Both the position numbers and the translations under genes were made by a program. The notes under the pieces are model-generated. The model was given only the letters and a program-made list of their open reading frames with translations. It searched no databases and was not told the origin of the DNA. A DNA stretch of 64,000 nucleotides from Candidatus Woesearchaeota archaeon (GTDB lineage: Archaea; Nanobdellota; Nanobdellia; SCGC-AAA011-G17; PNOQ01), in assembly GCA_043812195.1 (NCBI GenBank), contig JBDRML010000016.1:22093-86092 (forward strand), read 5' to 3'. The first letter of the stretch is position 1. Each line of letters begins with the position of its first letter. Below are positions 37,584 through 46,052 of this stretch, piece after piece.

Positions 37584-39593
37584 TTATTTTTTCTTTTTCA
37601 ACACACTGAATAATATTATTGCTATTATAACTATCGCAACAATAACTATTATCCATACATAGCCTGTCGTACTTGGCACAGTAGATGTATCTCCAGCCGT
37701 AGTTGTAGTATCTGATTCATCATCACCTGACGTAGTCTGAGTTTCAACAAGACCTGTTATCCTAAAGTCGGCTTCATTATTCACATTTATTCTCAATAAT
37801 TTAACCATGGTATCGTCAATTCCGTTATCATTCAAATCAAATTGTTTTTCCTGTCCGACTGTAAATGTCGATGTAACAGGTGCAGATCTAATTGTTATTG
37901 TTGCTGTACCAGTAACAGAATCAGCTGAATCTACAGTAATTGAATGTCCAATTCCACTTAATCTAAAGCTATGGCTTTCTCCAGCTCCTAATCCTCTTGC
38001 AGTAGTGCTTCCACCATCTTCTATATCAACTAATTCCTCTGTTTCTGTTTCATCTCCAGTATCACTAGCTCCACCACCAGTATCTGTATCACCACTACCT
38101 CCAGACGCAGCTATCGCAACTGTAATTTGTCTCGTTCCGGATGCTCCTCGTCTTCCAGATTTGTCGTAACAATAAATATACCAATCGACATTTTCACCTT
38201 CTAGGTTACTATTATCTGTAGTAGTTATTGTGAAATTAACCACAGTATCTGTAATCGTAGTTGTATTAGAAAATAACACATTATTAAGACTTAGTGTACA
38301 ATTATTCACAATACCATTCTCACCCGTCACATCACTAACAACATATATAAAAGTCGTAGAACCATCTATATCAGAATCGCCATCTACTGGAGATAATGAA
38401 GTTATATTTGGATCCCAAGTATCAATAGCAAATGTTCTATTACTCGTCACATTAAACATTGCATTTGAATTGTTATCATAAGCTAAGCAATTCCACTTAT
38501 ATGTAACATTAGTTCCATTATCAGTGCTCTGATCACTTGCATTAGTCAAATTAGTGTAACCAGTTATGTTAAATAATTCAGACCAAGTTCCATTTTCTGC
38601 TCCGCTAACATTAATACTATAATTAAATGCCTGTGCCCCACTAGTAGCATTCCAAACCATAAAGACCATACTTGATATATTAGCTGCACGATTAACACTA
38701 TTGGGTGTTGTAGGTGTCGCACTACAATTAAATCCATTAGGACTAGTATTGGTAAACCATGTATCATTGTTAACTCCCGCGTGTGTTGTAGCTATAGTCA
38801 AAGTATCAAAGATAAATGTGCTACTTACATTACTATTACTAGCATTGTCAAAACACTGCACATACCATTCTAATGTATCATCAAAAATATCCAACGATGT
38901 AATTGAAAAATTAGTCATTGATCCGTTTCTATGTGTTGATGTATTAGTTTCATTTATTGCACCATTCAAATACAAACTACAATTCTTCTCAACCCTTACA
39001 GCACCAGATAAAGCACCTATAGAATCTGATACGTTAAATGAAAATTGGAACGCTCTACTATTAGTAGGTCCACTAAATATTGTTCTGTTCAGTGTATCGC
39101 CATGCCAATTCATAGTAATGGCTGGAGCTACAGAATCTAAACCAAACGTACGGTTAGATGTATTATAACTATAATTACCATCTTTAAATGCAGCATAACA
39201 ATTCCATGACCAATTAAGTCCTCCATCCATCTCAGTTAAATTTGTAACAGTAAAATTTACAGTTAAAGTTCCATTAACCGCGCTCTCATTACTATAACCA
39301 TAATCTGCACTAGTTGAATTTACTAATACTTGCAAAGCAGTAGAATTTCCACTTGTATTTGTAGTATTCCAAACCAAAAGAGTTATACTAGTAACATTAG
39401 TATCTCCTGTAGCTGTTGCAGAACAATTAAAAGTCATATTATTTCCTGAAGTGGTCCAATAATTATCAGCTGGTGAATTAAAAGTAACAGGCCCTACATC
39501 ACCCTTAGCCATAAAAGCCATAACAATAATAATTAAAATATATATAAAGATTCTCCCGTAATTAAAATTTTTCTTCAATAAAAACACCTCCAT
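37584..39593 (-). CDS. cell-surface glycoprotein: N-terminal signal/anchor, ~600-aa ectodomain saturated with N-x-S/T sequons, Thr/Ser-rich linker, C-terminal TM anchor + KKKK
   Basis: Seen directly: dozens of N-x-T/S sequons (NMTFNCSATATGDTNVTSITLLVWNTTNTSGNSTALQVLVNSTS...); C-terminus ...TTTTAGDTSTVPSTTGYVWIIVIVAIVIIAIILFSVLKKKK. Confidence 0.6.
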   Translation of the reverse strand: MEVFLLKKNFNYGRIFIYILIIIVMAFMAKGDVGPVTFNSPADNYWTTSGNNMTFNCSATATGDTNVTSITLLVWNTTNTSGNSTALQVLVNSTSADYGYSNESAVNGTLTVNFTVTNLTEMDGGLNWSWNCYAAFKDGNYSYNTSNRTFGLDSVAPAITMNWHGDTLNRTIFSGPTNSRAFQFSFNVSDSIGALSGAVRVEKNCSLYLNGAINETNTSTHRNGSMTNFSITSLDIFDDTLEWYVQCFDNASNSNVSSTFIFDTLTIATTHAGVNNDTWFTNTSPNGFNCSATPTTPNSVNRAANISSMVFMVWNATSGAQAFNYSINVSGAENGTWSELFNITGYTNLTNASDQSTDNGTNVTYKWNCLAYDNNSNAMFNVTSNRTFAIDTWDPNITSLSPVDGDSDIDGSTTFIYVVSDVTGENGIVNNCTLSLNNVLFSNTTTITDTVVNFTITTTDNSNLEGENVDWYIYCYDKSGRRGASGTRQITVAIAASGGSGDTDTGGGASDTGDETETEELVDIEDGGSTTARGLGAGESHSFRLSGIGHSITVDSADSVTGTATITIRSAPVTSTFTVGQEKQFDLNDNGIDDTMVKLLRINVNNEADFRITGLVETQTTSGDDESDTTTTAGDTSTVPSTTGYVWIIVIVAIVIIAIILFSVLKKKK

Positions 39594-39728
39594 ATTTTTA
39601 TAGTAGTTTTTATAATAGTATTATATCCTATTTTTTAGTATCATAATCCTTATATATAAAACTTTTGATTTTTGCAGAATTTTTTTAAATACTTTATTTG
39701 TTTGGTATAAAATATCAAATAAAAAAAA

Positions 39729-39741
39729 CGCCGCGACTGGG
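39729..39741. repeat. 13-bp copy of the 3' end of the tRNA gene at 40446..40560 (att-like direct repeat)
   Basis: Seen directly: CGCCGCGACTGGG at 39729..39741 equals 40446..40458. Confidence 0.55.
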
Positions 39742-39830
39742 CTTGAGGAGTTTAGGTAGAAATCCGTATTGTTATTTCTACTTTATTTTTATTACTATTA
39801 ATTTAAAGATATATAAATATTTGTTAACTT

Positions 39831-39881
39831 CGTAACCATTTAGTATGCTTAGGCAAACCCTAAGCAGCTAAACGGTTACCG
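39831..39881. repeat. long near-perfect hairpin (22-bp stem, 5-nt loop) whose arms carry the GTAACC(A/G)TTTAG...AGCTAAACGGTTACC motif
   Basis: Seen directly: cgtaaccatttagtatgcttagg-caaac-cctaagcagctaaacggttaccg. Confidence 0.6.
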
Positions 39882-39922
39882 GAAACAGAAATCTTTAAAA
39901 ACAATCATAATAACACTAAAAT

Positions 39923-40072
39923 ATGGAAACTGTAACAATACCAAAGGAAGAGTATGAATGCTTAAAAGAGAAAGCAGAATTAGATGAAGATTTATTAATT
40001 TCATTAGTCAGAGGTTTAGAAGATATAAAATCCGGCAGAATAAAACCATGGAAAAGCAAAATTAAAGATTAA
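39923..40072 (+). CDS. small ORF (49 aa) with antitoxin-like C-terminus (…GLEDIKSGRIKPW), convergent with and overlapping the RelE-like gene
   Basis: Not in the supplied ORF track (<60 aa); ATG at 39923, TAA at 40070. Weak. Confidence 0.25.
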   Translation: METVTIPKEEYECLKEKAELDEDLLISLVRGLEDIKSGRIKPWKSKIKD

Positions 40073-40373
40073 GTTTTCTTTTGATTTCTTCTTTATAGGT
40101 GGGTATTAAACTTTTTATTTTATCGATTGCTTTTTGTTGATCCCTTTTAGTGCTTATAGCAATTAAAAAAACTACAACATGTTCTTCATAAATTAGATAG
40201 TATATTCTATGGTTTTTAATTTTCTTCTCTCTGAAGAATTTATAACCTAAAGATCTACCAACGTAGGGATTCATTTCTAATTGTTCAATTTCGTTATCGA
40301 TCATTATTTGAAGAGATTTATCTAATCTATCAAAATACTTATCATATTCATCTGTAGTGAATATATTGTACAT
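40062..40373 (-). CDS. RelE/ParE-family type II toxin
   Basis: 103 aa; ...KKIKNHRIYYLIYEEHVVVFLIAISTKRDQ matches the RelE/StbE family C-terminal pattern. Confidence 0.55.
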   Translation of the reverse strand: MYNIFTTDEYDKYFDRLDKSLQIMIDNEIEQLEMNPYVGRSLGYKFFREKKIKNHRIYYLIYEEHVVVFLIAISTKRDQQKAIDKIKSLIPTYKEEIKRKLNL

Positions 40374-40445
40374 ATGAAATCAGTAATGGCTTATTGTTTT
40401 TAAATTATTTGATTTCAGTGGTGGGATTTCGACCTAAACATAGGA

Positions 40446-40560
40446 CGCCGCGACTGGGATTCGAACCCAGATATCCTTTCGGAAACAGGTTTTCAAGACT
40501 TACGCTTCAAAGATATTAAATCACTTGAATCTGCGCGATACCAGATTACGCGATCGCGGC
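40446..40560 (-). tRNA. tRNA gene (~115 nt, probably intron-containing and/or with long variable arm); anticodon not confidently assigned (candidate CAA/Leu from loop UUCAAGU)
   Basis: Perfect 7-bp acceptor stem GCCGCGA/UCGCGGC, discriminator G, T-arm CUGGG-UUCGAAU-CCCAG, D-loop with GG. Too long for an intron-less type I tRNA; anticodon-stem partner strand is not contiguous. Confidence 0.65.
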
Positions 40561-41208
40561 ATAAACTTTGTAAAACCATGTTGCTTTCAGCCATATTTAA
40601 ATTTAACTGATATGAAAAATATTTGTTTTTTTGTATAACAGCTTTAACAGGTTTATTAAATCCCAATAAACTTTCAGTTATCTTGCCTATATCCAATAAT
40701 AAACCCCTACTAGCCATATGAAATAATACTCTCCCTCTTTTATTTATCACTCTATCTGTTAATAATAATCCAAGGAAAAAATATTTTTTAACTTTCCTAC
40801 ATGAATTCAATATTAAATTCGGAACCCTTACAATAGATGCTTTCTTTCCTGAAGGAATATTCAATTCATTTACTAAATAATCAAACATTGATCTTGAGTA
40901 TTTAAAAAATTCATAGATAGTCTTTCTATTTGACCTAGTTCTATTTATTATCTTTCCTTTCTCACCAAATAAATCAAAGTATAAATTATAAAATAAGTCA
41001 ACTAAAGATTAGAAGTATTATAGAACATAATTGAATAAGTAAGATAACCAGATCCATTCATTACGGTTAGAAATACTACCATCTCCGATTACCATCCCCA
41101 AAAAAAGAGCTAATTTATTAATATTTATATCTTCCACGCCATCCTATAGATTTACAGATTTATAAATTCTGAACCAACATATGATAAAATTTCGGAAAAT
41201 CTTTTTAT

Positions 41209-41892
41209 TTAAAATATTCCAACTAAATGGTAAACTAACTTAGTAGAAACAGCAATTGCATCATCATAATCAATAAATTCTAAGATAATACAGTCATTAT
41301 CTGTTAAATAAATCTGATTCTCATCCCCTTTCTCAAATAATATTATGGTTCTCCCATTACCAGAATCATCACATGTTCTTACAGGAATATCTATATCTTG
41401 TGTAAACTCATTCTCTTCAGTCAACGCACTAATAGTATTTATCTTAAAAACAGCAGGCTCAACACCAGTACTTAATATTCTCTGAGCAGTCAATATAGCA
41501 ATTGCCATTTTTCCATCTGATTCAATATCAAGATCAACATCTCTAGTAATATAAATATTCTTAGTTTTAGACTTATTAAATATTAAATCATTTATAGTAT
41601 CATCTAAAGGGATACCTTCTAACTCTTCAGGACCATATTCAAAGGGAACCTTATACTCCTTTCTAAATTGAGGTACATTATTAACTGTTCTATAATCAAT
41701 CCAAAAAGATACTATATGTATCGGTTTTCCAGTATGTTTATCTACACTTATATTATATTCAATCCCATCAGCCCCAAGATAGCTATACTCATAGGAAATT
41801 CTAGATAAAGTAGGCACAAAAATAACTATTAAAAGTAAAACAACTAAAACAATAATACCTATTGTTATATTTCTTCCCTGTTTTTTATCCAT
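41209..41892 (-). CDS. membrane-anchored extracellular protein (N-terminal TM), paralog of 41895..42395 in its C-terminal Cys-loop region
   Basis: N-terminal MDKKQGRNITIGIIVLVVLLLIVIF; C-terminal CDDSGNGRTIILFEKGDENQIYLTDNDCIILEF similar to DCDGDNFVVVLDSSADEDFYLEDNCIFING. Confidence 0.4.
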   Translation of the reverse strand: MDKKQGRNITIGIIVLVVLLLIVIFVPTLSRISYEYSYLGADGIEYNISVDKHTGKPIHIVSFWIDYRTVNNVPQFRKEYKVPFEYGPEELEGIPLDDTINDLIFNKSKTKNIYITRDVDLDIESDGKMAIAILTAQRILSTGVEPAVFKINTISALTEENEFTQDIDIPVRTCDDSGNGRTIILFEKGDENQIYLTDNDCIILEFIDYDDAIAVSTKLVYHLVGIF

Positions 41893-41894
41893 TT

Positions 41895-42395
41895 TTAAAC
41901 AATAATCCCGAATACAACGTAAGCGAGAAAGTCTATTCCTTTATTAAGATTTCCATTAATAAAAATACAATTATCTTCCAAATAAAAATCTTCATCAGCA
42001 GACGAATCTAATACAACCACAAAATTATCCCCATCACAATCAATAATAGGTAATGTGCTGTTATCATCCAAACTACCAAATTGACTAATTATACCAGCAG
42101 AAGTAAAAACATCTCTCAATCTGGCTCCCTGATACCCATTACTTTTATCAACAACATAAATCAAATTGCCTTTAATATCTATAGGACCCATATCTTCTAC
42201 TTCACTTGGCAAATATGTAAAAGTTTGATAAGAATTAGTTCTTGAAACAAAAGTGGCCCATCCTTGATCAGTTTGTTGAAATTTATATCCGTTGTATTTT
42301 TCAGAACCACCCCCACTATAAATAAATCCCAAAGTACTCATTACCATTATAAATATAATAAAAAGAGCTGCAAACAGATTTTTAGATTTTTTCAT
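41895..42395 (-). CDS. secreted/membrane-anchored small protein with C-terminal Cys-x(~20)-Cys loop
   Basis: Signal peptide MKKSKNLFAALFIIFIMVMS; downstream of the S-layer-like gene in the same orientation. Confidence 0.4.
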   Translation of the reverse strand: MKKSKNLFAALFIIFIMVMSTLGFIYSGGGSEKYNGYKFQQTDQGWATFVSRTNSYQTFTYLPSEVEDMGPIDIKGNLIYVVDKSNGYQGARLRDVFTSAGIISQFGSLDDNSTLPIIDCDGDNFVVVLDSSADEDFYLEDNCIFINGNLNKGIDFLAYVVFGIIV

Positions 42396-42477
42396 AAATA
42401 ATTAGAATTTAATCTTAATTAAAAAGGTTTCGTAAAAAATTAAAAAGAAAAAAAGAAAGAAAAAGTGTAAAATTTAT

Positions 42478-44685
42478 TTACACTATTTGTTCTGTTCCAG
42501 TTAGGCCACTAGCTGCTACACTACTTGCTGCTCTTGCAGTATCTGCTTTCTCCCATCCAGCTACAATCAATGCCATCTTATCGCCATCTTCCATTAACTT
42601 AATAACGGCTGTATCTGCTGCGATTCCAGAAGCACTTTCACAAGCTGGGTAAGTTAAGCTCATCCATTCTGCAGTTAAGCTATTAACACATGGTCCACCA
42701 ACAAGGATTAAATTGTTATAACCAGCTGCTCCAGATTCAGTTACAAGTACTGCTTCAACATTTGTTGCTGCTCCACCTTCATAAACTCCTACATTAGCTT
42801 TTACCTGATCACCAGGAATTTGTAATGTAAACAAGTCGTTGTCTCCAGAAGAATCAGTTTCATCTGCCCTGATACCATATCCAGTTAACAAGTCATATTT
42901 CTTAGCTCCAACCATTACTCTTTCTACAGCAGTTGCAGTTGCACTTGGTGCCAATGTTGCTCCCCATACAACTTCAGTACTTTCAGAGTTATCTGTAGTT
43001 CCAAATCCTAGATAGTTACCAGCTGTAGCGTTTGTAGATTGTATTCTCCACCATAAGTTATCATTCACATCAGTTGCGTTATCTGGAATAATCCCTAAAT
43101 ACCATGCGTCATCTGCACCAATATCTCCGTATGATCCAAAAACCATATCTGTAGATTTAGTATTTCTGTAGTTCACATATCCCCATGCAGTATAATTAGC
43201 ATTATTAGATATATTTCCTGCGTGTTGCACCTTGTTATCTGAGTCTGTATAGAAGATTAAAGTTCTTCCTACATCCCTATCTGCTGTAGCAGAATTATTT
43301 CCAGCAAAAGTGGTATTAGTCCATAAAAAAATCTCGTCTGTTTTTATATCAGATGTTATCTTTGCTGTACCTGCAGCCTCTATTGCACTTTGATCAAGCA
43401 CCAATCCCTCATTTTCATCAGACACTATAGAAATAACAATAGCTGCGCTTGGGAAAAGTCCTGCATTGGTAAGATCTTCTGTATTTTGACTATCTGTATA
43501 AATTTGTACCTGCATATAGTCATCATCAGCCACATTGAAGTCTTTAACTCCTATGTAAGCATATCCCTCTGGCAATCCATAATACTCTCCAGTTCCAGCA
43601 GGGTCTTTATTATAGTTATATGCTTCAAAGTCGTTTTCTATACAAACCTCATTAAAAGATCCAGATGCTCCAGATGTCAAAGCTCCTGCTTGCAATCCCT
43701 TAATATCCCAAACCCAATCAGGATTATTCTTATCACAATCAGGATCACCATGTGCGTCACTTGGAGAACAATATGTAGGATACTTATCTCCATCTTTATA
43801 AGTTACTCTAGCGTCTTCACCAATCACGAATGTTGCAACTGCTTCAGCTGCAGTACCAACACCAGCTATAGCAGAGTCCAAATAAACATCGATTTCTCCT
43901 TCAGAAACTGTAGAACCTTCACTAATTGTTCTCTGGTCATTTCCAAAATCAATAATAGCACTAGTTCCATCTACAGCAACTACTTCCATTGTTATTCCAT
44001 TACCAGAGTATACTTCTCCTGTGTGTCCAACCCAAGTATCACCAACTTGTGCAGTAAAAGATGAGTTGCTTGCAATAGCGTCAACTCTTAATGTCTTTCC
44101 TAAAAACATCATATCAAATGGATTTGAAGTACTAACTATTCCACTCACATTAATATGTTCATCAAAAGTATAACAATACTTAATTGCATCTTTTCTAATC
44201 TCTAACTTAGGATCCCATTCATACTTATCATCACTACTTGTTAGACTAGTTTCCATATCAAAGTTATTAGCAGTAGCTGTTATTTGAAGTTCATGATGGT
44301 AATCATAACTTGTTCCAGCAATACTCACTTCTGCATCATCAAAGATAGCAGAATCTGAGTCATCATAAATTGTATCCAAACCAGTACTTGTTGCAATGTT
44401 ATCTTGTAATTTAATTTCTTCTATCTGAATTAAATCCCCTAGACCTGCAGCTTCAGCTGTAGCTAAACCATCAAAATATGTTTTCAAAGTGCTTCTTGCA
44501 GCGTCATCATTTGTTCCAGCAGCGCTACCTACAACCATTGCAGTATCTACATAAGAATCACTTACAATAAATGGCGCAGGTAAATCAGCTAAAGTTTCTC
44601 CAGCTGCGAATGCGCCCCCGAAAGCAGACAATAACATTAGTCCACCAGCACCAGCTGCTGCTACTTTTTTAATTATTCGTTTCAT
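42478..44685 (-). CDS. large secreted acidic Thr/Ser/Ala/Gly/Asp-rich protein, candidate S-layer or major surface protein
   Basis: Signal peptide MKRIIKKVAAAGAGGLMLLSAFGGAFAAGE; 735 aa, no TM, low-complexity acidic composition; gene visibly more GC-rich than its surroundings. Confidence 0.5.
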   Translation of the reverse strand: MKRIIKKVAAAGAGGLMLLSAFGGAFAAGETLADLPAPFIVSDSYVDTAMVVGSAAGTNDDAARSTLKTYFDGLATAEAAGLGDLIQIEEIKLQDNIATSTGLDTIYDDSDSAIFDDAEVSIAGTSYDYHHELQITATANNFDMETSLTSSDDKYEWDPKLEIRKDAIKYCYTFDEHINVSGIVSTSNPFDMMFLGKTLRVDAIASNSSFTAQVGDTWVGHTGEVYSGNGITMEVVAVDGTSAIIDFGNDQRTISEGSTVSEGEIDVYLDSAIAGVGTAAEAVATFVIGEDARVTYKDGDKYPTYCSPSDAHGDPDCDKNNPDWVWDIKGLQAGALTSGASGSFNEVCIENDFEAYNYNKDPAGTGEYYGLPEGYAYIGVKDFNVADDDYMQVQIYTDSQNTEDLTNAGLFPSAAIVISIVSDENEGLVLDQSAIEAAGTAKITSDIKTDEIFLWTNTTFAGNNSATADRDVGRTLIFYTDSDNKVQHAGNISNNANYTAWGYVNYRNTKSTDMVFGSYGDIGADDAWYLGIIPDNATDVNDNLWWRIQSTNATAGNYLGFGTTDNSESTEVVWGATLAPSATATAVERVMVGAKKYDLLTGYGIRADETDSSGDNDLFTLQIPGDQVKANVGVYEGGAATNVEAVLVTESGAAGYNNLILVGGPCVNSLTAEWMSLTYPACESASGIAADTAVIKLMEDGDKMALIVAGWEKADTARAASSVAASGLTGTEQIV

Positions 44686-44910
44686 TTAATCTAAACACCT
44701 CCTCGTGTTCATTTTTTCATTGTATCAAGAACACTGTCACCTCTACAAATGTCATACTGTCGTCTTATTAATCTTAATTAAATCTAACGCATTTCGTCTA
44801 TTTATAAACATTTATACACTATAGTAAACAAAATAATGTCAATTCCTTATAATTTAGCAATTTCAAGCCCCAATTCCTTATAATTTCAATTATAGAAGAT
44901 ACTTCTATAA

Positions 44911-44945
44911 AAAACATCATTTCTCACAAATTACAACATAAAATA
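44911..44945 (+). repeat. copy 1 of a 33-35 bp intergenic direct-repeat family (AAACaTyaTTTyTCACAAATTACAACATAAAA)
   Basis: Seen directly; near-identical copies at 46009, 47378, 47535. Confidence 0.6.
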
Positions 44946-45016
44946 TCTTTCATCAAAAATTTGAAAAGCTTTTTATATTGATAGTAATTCCCACCCAACA
45001 ATAGAAAAACTTATAA

Positions 45017-45029
45017 ATGTAGTCACCCA
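45017..45029 (+). repeat. 13-bp direct repeat ATGTAGTCACCCA bracketing the Fic gene (left copy)
   Basis: Seen directly; identical copy at 45993..46005, immediately after the Fic stop codon. Confidence 0.55.
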
Positions 45030-45039
45030 TATATTAAAT

Positions 45040-45990
45040 ATGAATTTAGAAGTAAGAAATGTTGGGAAAAAGAAAAAGTATTATTTAGCTCACTCATTCA
45101 GAGAAGGAAAAAAAGTAAAGAAAATAAGAAGATATTTAGGCTCAAATCTAAATAAAATTCAACTAGAAAAACTAAAAGAAAGATCAGAAGAAATCATAAA
45201 GCAACAAATAGAAAACTATAAGATCATAGCAGATCCATTAAAACACGAATTAACAGAAAAAGAATTAGAATTCCTAAAAAATTTAGAAACAAAAGGAAAA
45301 ATAGAAATAAAACATCTTTCCAAAGAGCAATGGACTAAATTCACAGAGCTTTTTACATATAACACAAATGCCATTGAAGGCTCTGAAGTAAATCAAAAAG
45401 AAGTTAAAGAAATTTTAGAAGAAAACAAATGGCCAAAAGAAGTAGATAGGGAAGATATTTCAGAAACATACGGGGTAGCAGAAGCAATTGAATTCATAAG
45501 AAAAACAAAAGAACATATATCCCTTTCCTTGATTAAAAAAATACACCAAATAATTTTCAAAAATTCCAAATCATTTGCAGGGAAATTTAGAACCAAAGGT
45601 ATTGAAGTAGCTATTAGGGATAAATTAGGAAATATAGCCCATATAGGGGCTCCTGCCAATAGAATTAGAGGATTATTAGAAGAACTAATAGATTGGCATA
45701 ATAAAAATAAGAATAAATATCCCCCAATACTATTAGCCGCTGTTGTTCATAATCAATTTGAAAATATCCACCCTTTTCAAGATGGCAATGGGAGAGTGGG
45801 AAGGCTATTGTTAAATAATATTTTATTAAAAAATAACCTGCCTCCAGTAAATATAAGTCTTGGAAATAGAAGAGAATATTATTCAACTCTACAATCTTAT
45901 CAAAAAAAAGGAGACATAAAACCCACAATTAAATTGATTTTAAAAGAATATAAAGAATTAAAGAAAGAATTAGGTGTCTACAAAAATTAA
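45040..45990 (+). CDS. Fic/Doc family protein (AMPylation/phosphocholination-type)
   Basis: Canonical Fic motif HPFQDGNGRVGRLL. Confidence 0.85.
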   Translation: MNLEVRNVGKKKKYYLAHSFREGKKVKKIRRYLGSNLNKIQLEKLKERSEEIIKQQIENYKIIADPLKHELTEKELEFLKNLETKGKIEIKHLSKEQWTKFTELFTYNTNAIEGSEVNQKEVKEILEENKWPKEVDREDISETYGVAEAIEFIRKTKEHISLSLIKKIHQIIFKNSKSFAGKFRTKGIEVAIRDKLGNIAHIGAPANRIRGLLEELIDWHNKNKNKYPPILLAAVVHNQFENIHPFQDGNGRVGRLLLNNILLKNNLPPVNISLGNRREYYSTLQSYQKKGDIKPTIKLILKEYKELKKELGVYKN

Positions 45991-45992
45991 TG

Positions 45993-46005
45993 ATGTAGTC
46001 ACCCA
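45993..46005 (+). repeat. 13-bp direct repeat ATGTAGTCACCCA (right copy)
   Basis: Seen directly. Confidence 0.55.
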
Positions 46006-46008
46006 ACA

Positions 46009-46043
46009 TCAAAACATTATTTTTTACAAATTACAACATAAAA
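46009..46043 (+). repeat. copy 2 of the 33-35 bp repeat family
   Basis: caaaacattattttttacaaattacaacataaaac. Confidence 0.6.
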
Positions 46044-46052
46044 CTCAAATGC

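Noticed and set aside
40493-40888. 131-aa ORF on the minus strand next to the tRNA, initially considered as an integrase remnant
   Set aside because: Its 3' end overlaps the tRNA gene by ~68 nt. The frame stays open upstream to ~40990 without a start codon. The translation shows no tyrosine-recombinase R..HxxR..Y motifs. Probably a spurious or decayed ORF.
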